This document shows positions 63,640 through 64,000 of a stretch of DNA of 64,000 nt, in pieces. The notes under the pieces were generated by a model, which was not told the DNA's origin, did no database searches, and saw nothing but the letters and a program-made list of their open reading frames with translations. The DNA is taken from NCBI RefSeq assembly GCF_016433145.1, contig NC_058135.1:277475511-277539510 (forward strand), read 5' to 3'. How positions within the stretch are numbered: position 1 is the stretch's first letter; the number at the start of each line of letters is the position of its first letter. Source of the stretch: Gracilinanus agilis. Its lineage: Eukaryota. A program made the translations under genes and the position numbers.

Positions 63640-64000
63640 CTAAGGCTTATGTCTCTGCAAAATCTTCTTTAGGGCATCCTTCACATCCTTGTTTTTTAAG
63701 CTATATATAAGAGGATTTAACATTGGAATGACCACTGTGTAGAAAACAGAGACCACCTTGTCTTGCTGCATTGAGTAACTGGAGGTGGGACGTAAGTACA
63801 TGAAGAGAATTGTTCCAAAGAAAATGGTGACCGCCATGAGGTGGGAGGCACAAGTAGAGAAGGCTTTGCTCCTACCCTGAGCAGAGCGCATCCTCAGGAT
63901 AGTGATGAGGATGAAGAGGTAAGAAATGAGGACCATCAGCACACAACTGATGACATTAAAACTGGAGAAAGCCATGATGACAATCCCATTGATATGAGTA
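63640..64000 (-). CDS. Olfactory receptor OR5AP2-like, 3' part (runs off the window)
   Basis: [90 protein letters not shown]. Paralogue of 17753..18694. The ORF-track Met at 63975 is internal. Confidence 0.93.
   Translation of the reverse strand, partial: THINGIVIMAFSSFNVISCVLMVLISYLFILITILRMRSAQGRSKAFSTCASHLMAVTIFFGTILFMYLRPTSSYSMQQDKVVSVFYTVVIPMLNPLIYSLKNKDVKDALKKILQRHKP

Noticed and set aside
1-64000. tRNA, rRNA, snRNA genes or CRISPR-like arrays
   Set aside because: None seen. The tRNA-like A/B boxes all belong to SINE heads, and the tandem repeats are simple microsatellites.

Overview
This is mammalian genomic DNA, almost certainly from a didelphid marsupial (opossum, probably Monodelphis). 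The assignment rests on young opossum SINE1-type elements, Mar1 and RTE-associated SINEs, marsupial L1 3'UTRs and three sized assembly gaps. The window is part of a class II olfactory receptor (family OR5) cluster. It holds six head-to-tail OR genes, all on the minus strand: one OR5M-like, two closely related OR5M10/OR5M1-like, two OR5AP2-like (the last cut by the window edge) and one divergent OR5AP-related gene. The left end has a decayed class I endogenous retrovirus pol fragment (connection-RNase H-integrase). The spacers are filled with L1, L2, CR1/L3, RTE, MIR, SINEs, LTR remnants and three hAT MITEs, several of them nested. I see no new protein-coding system. The observations most worth following up are: (i) a non-repeat homeodomain plus O/E(EBF)-like block that recurs about 5.5-8 kb upstream of several OR genes, in most copies next to a minus-strand splice donor (candidate promoters and non-coding first exons); (ii) a patchwork of identity between the two OR5M10-like genes that suggests gene conversion, with one copy carrying DRY->DCY; (iii) MITEs resembling the horizontally transferred OC1 and hAT1 families. 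All repeat-family and OR subfamily names come from recalled sequence similarity, not from database searches.
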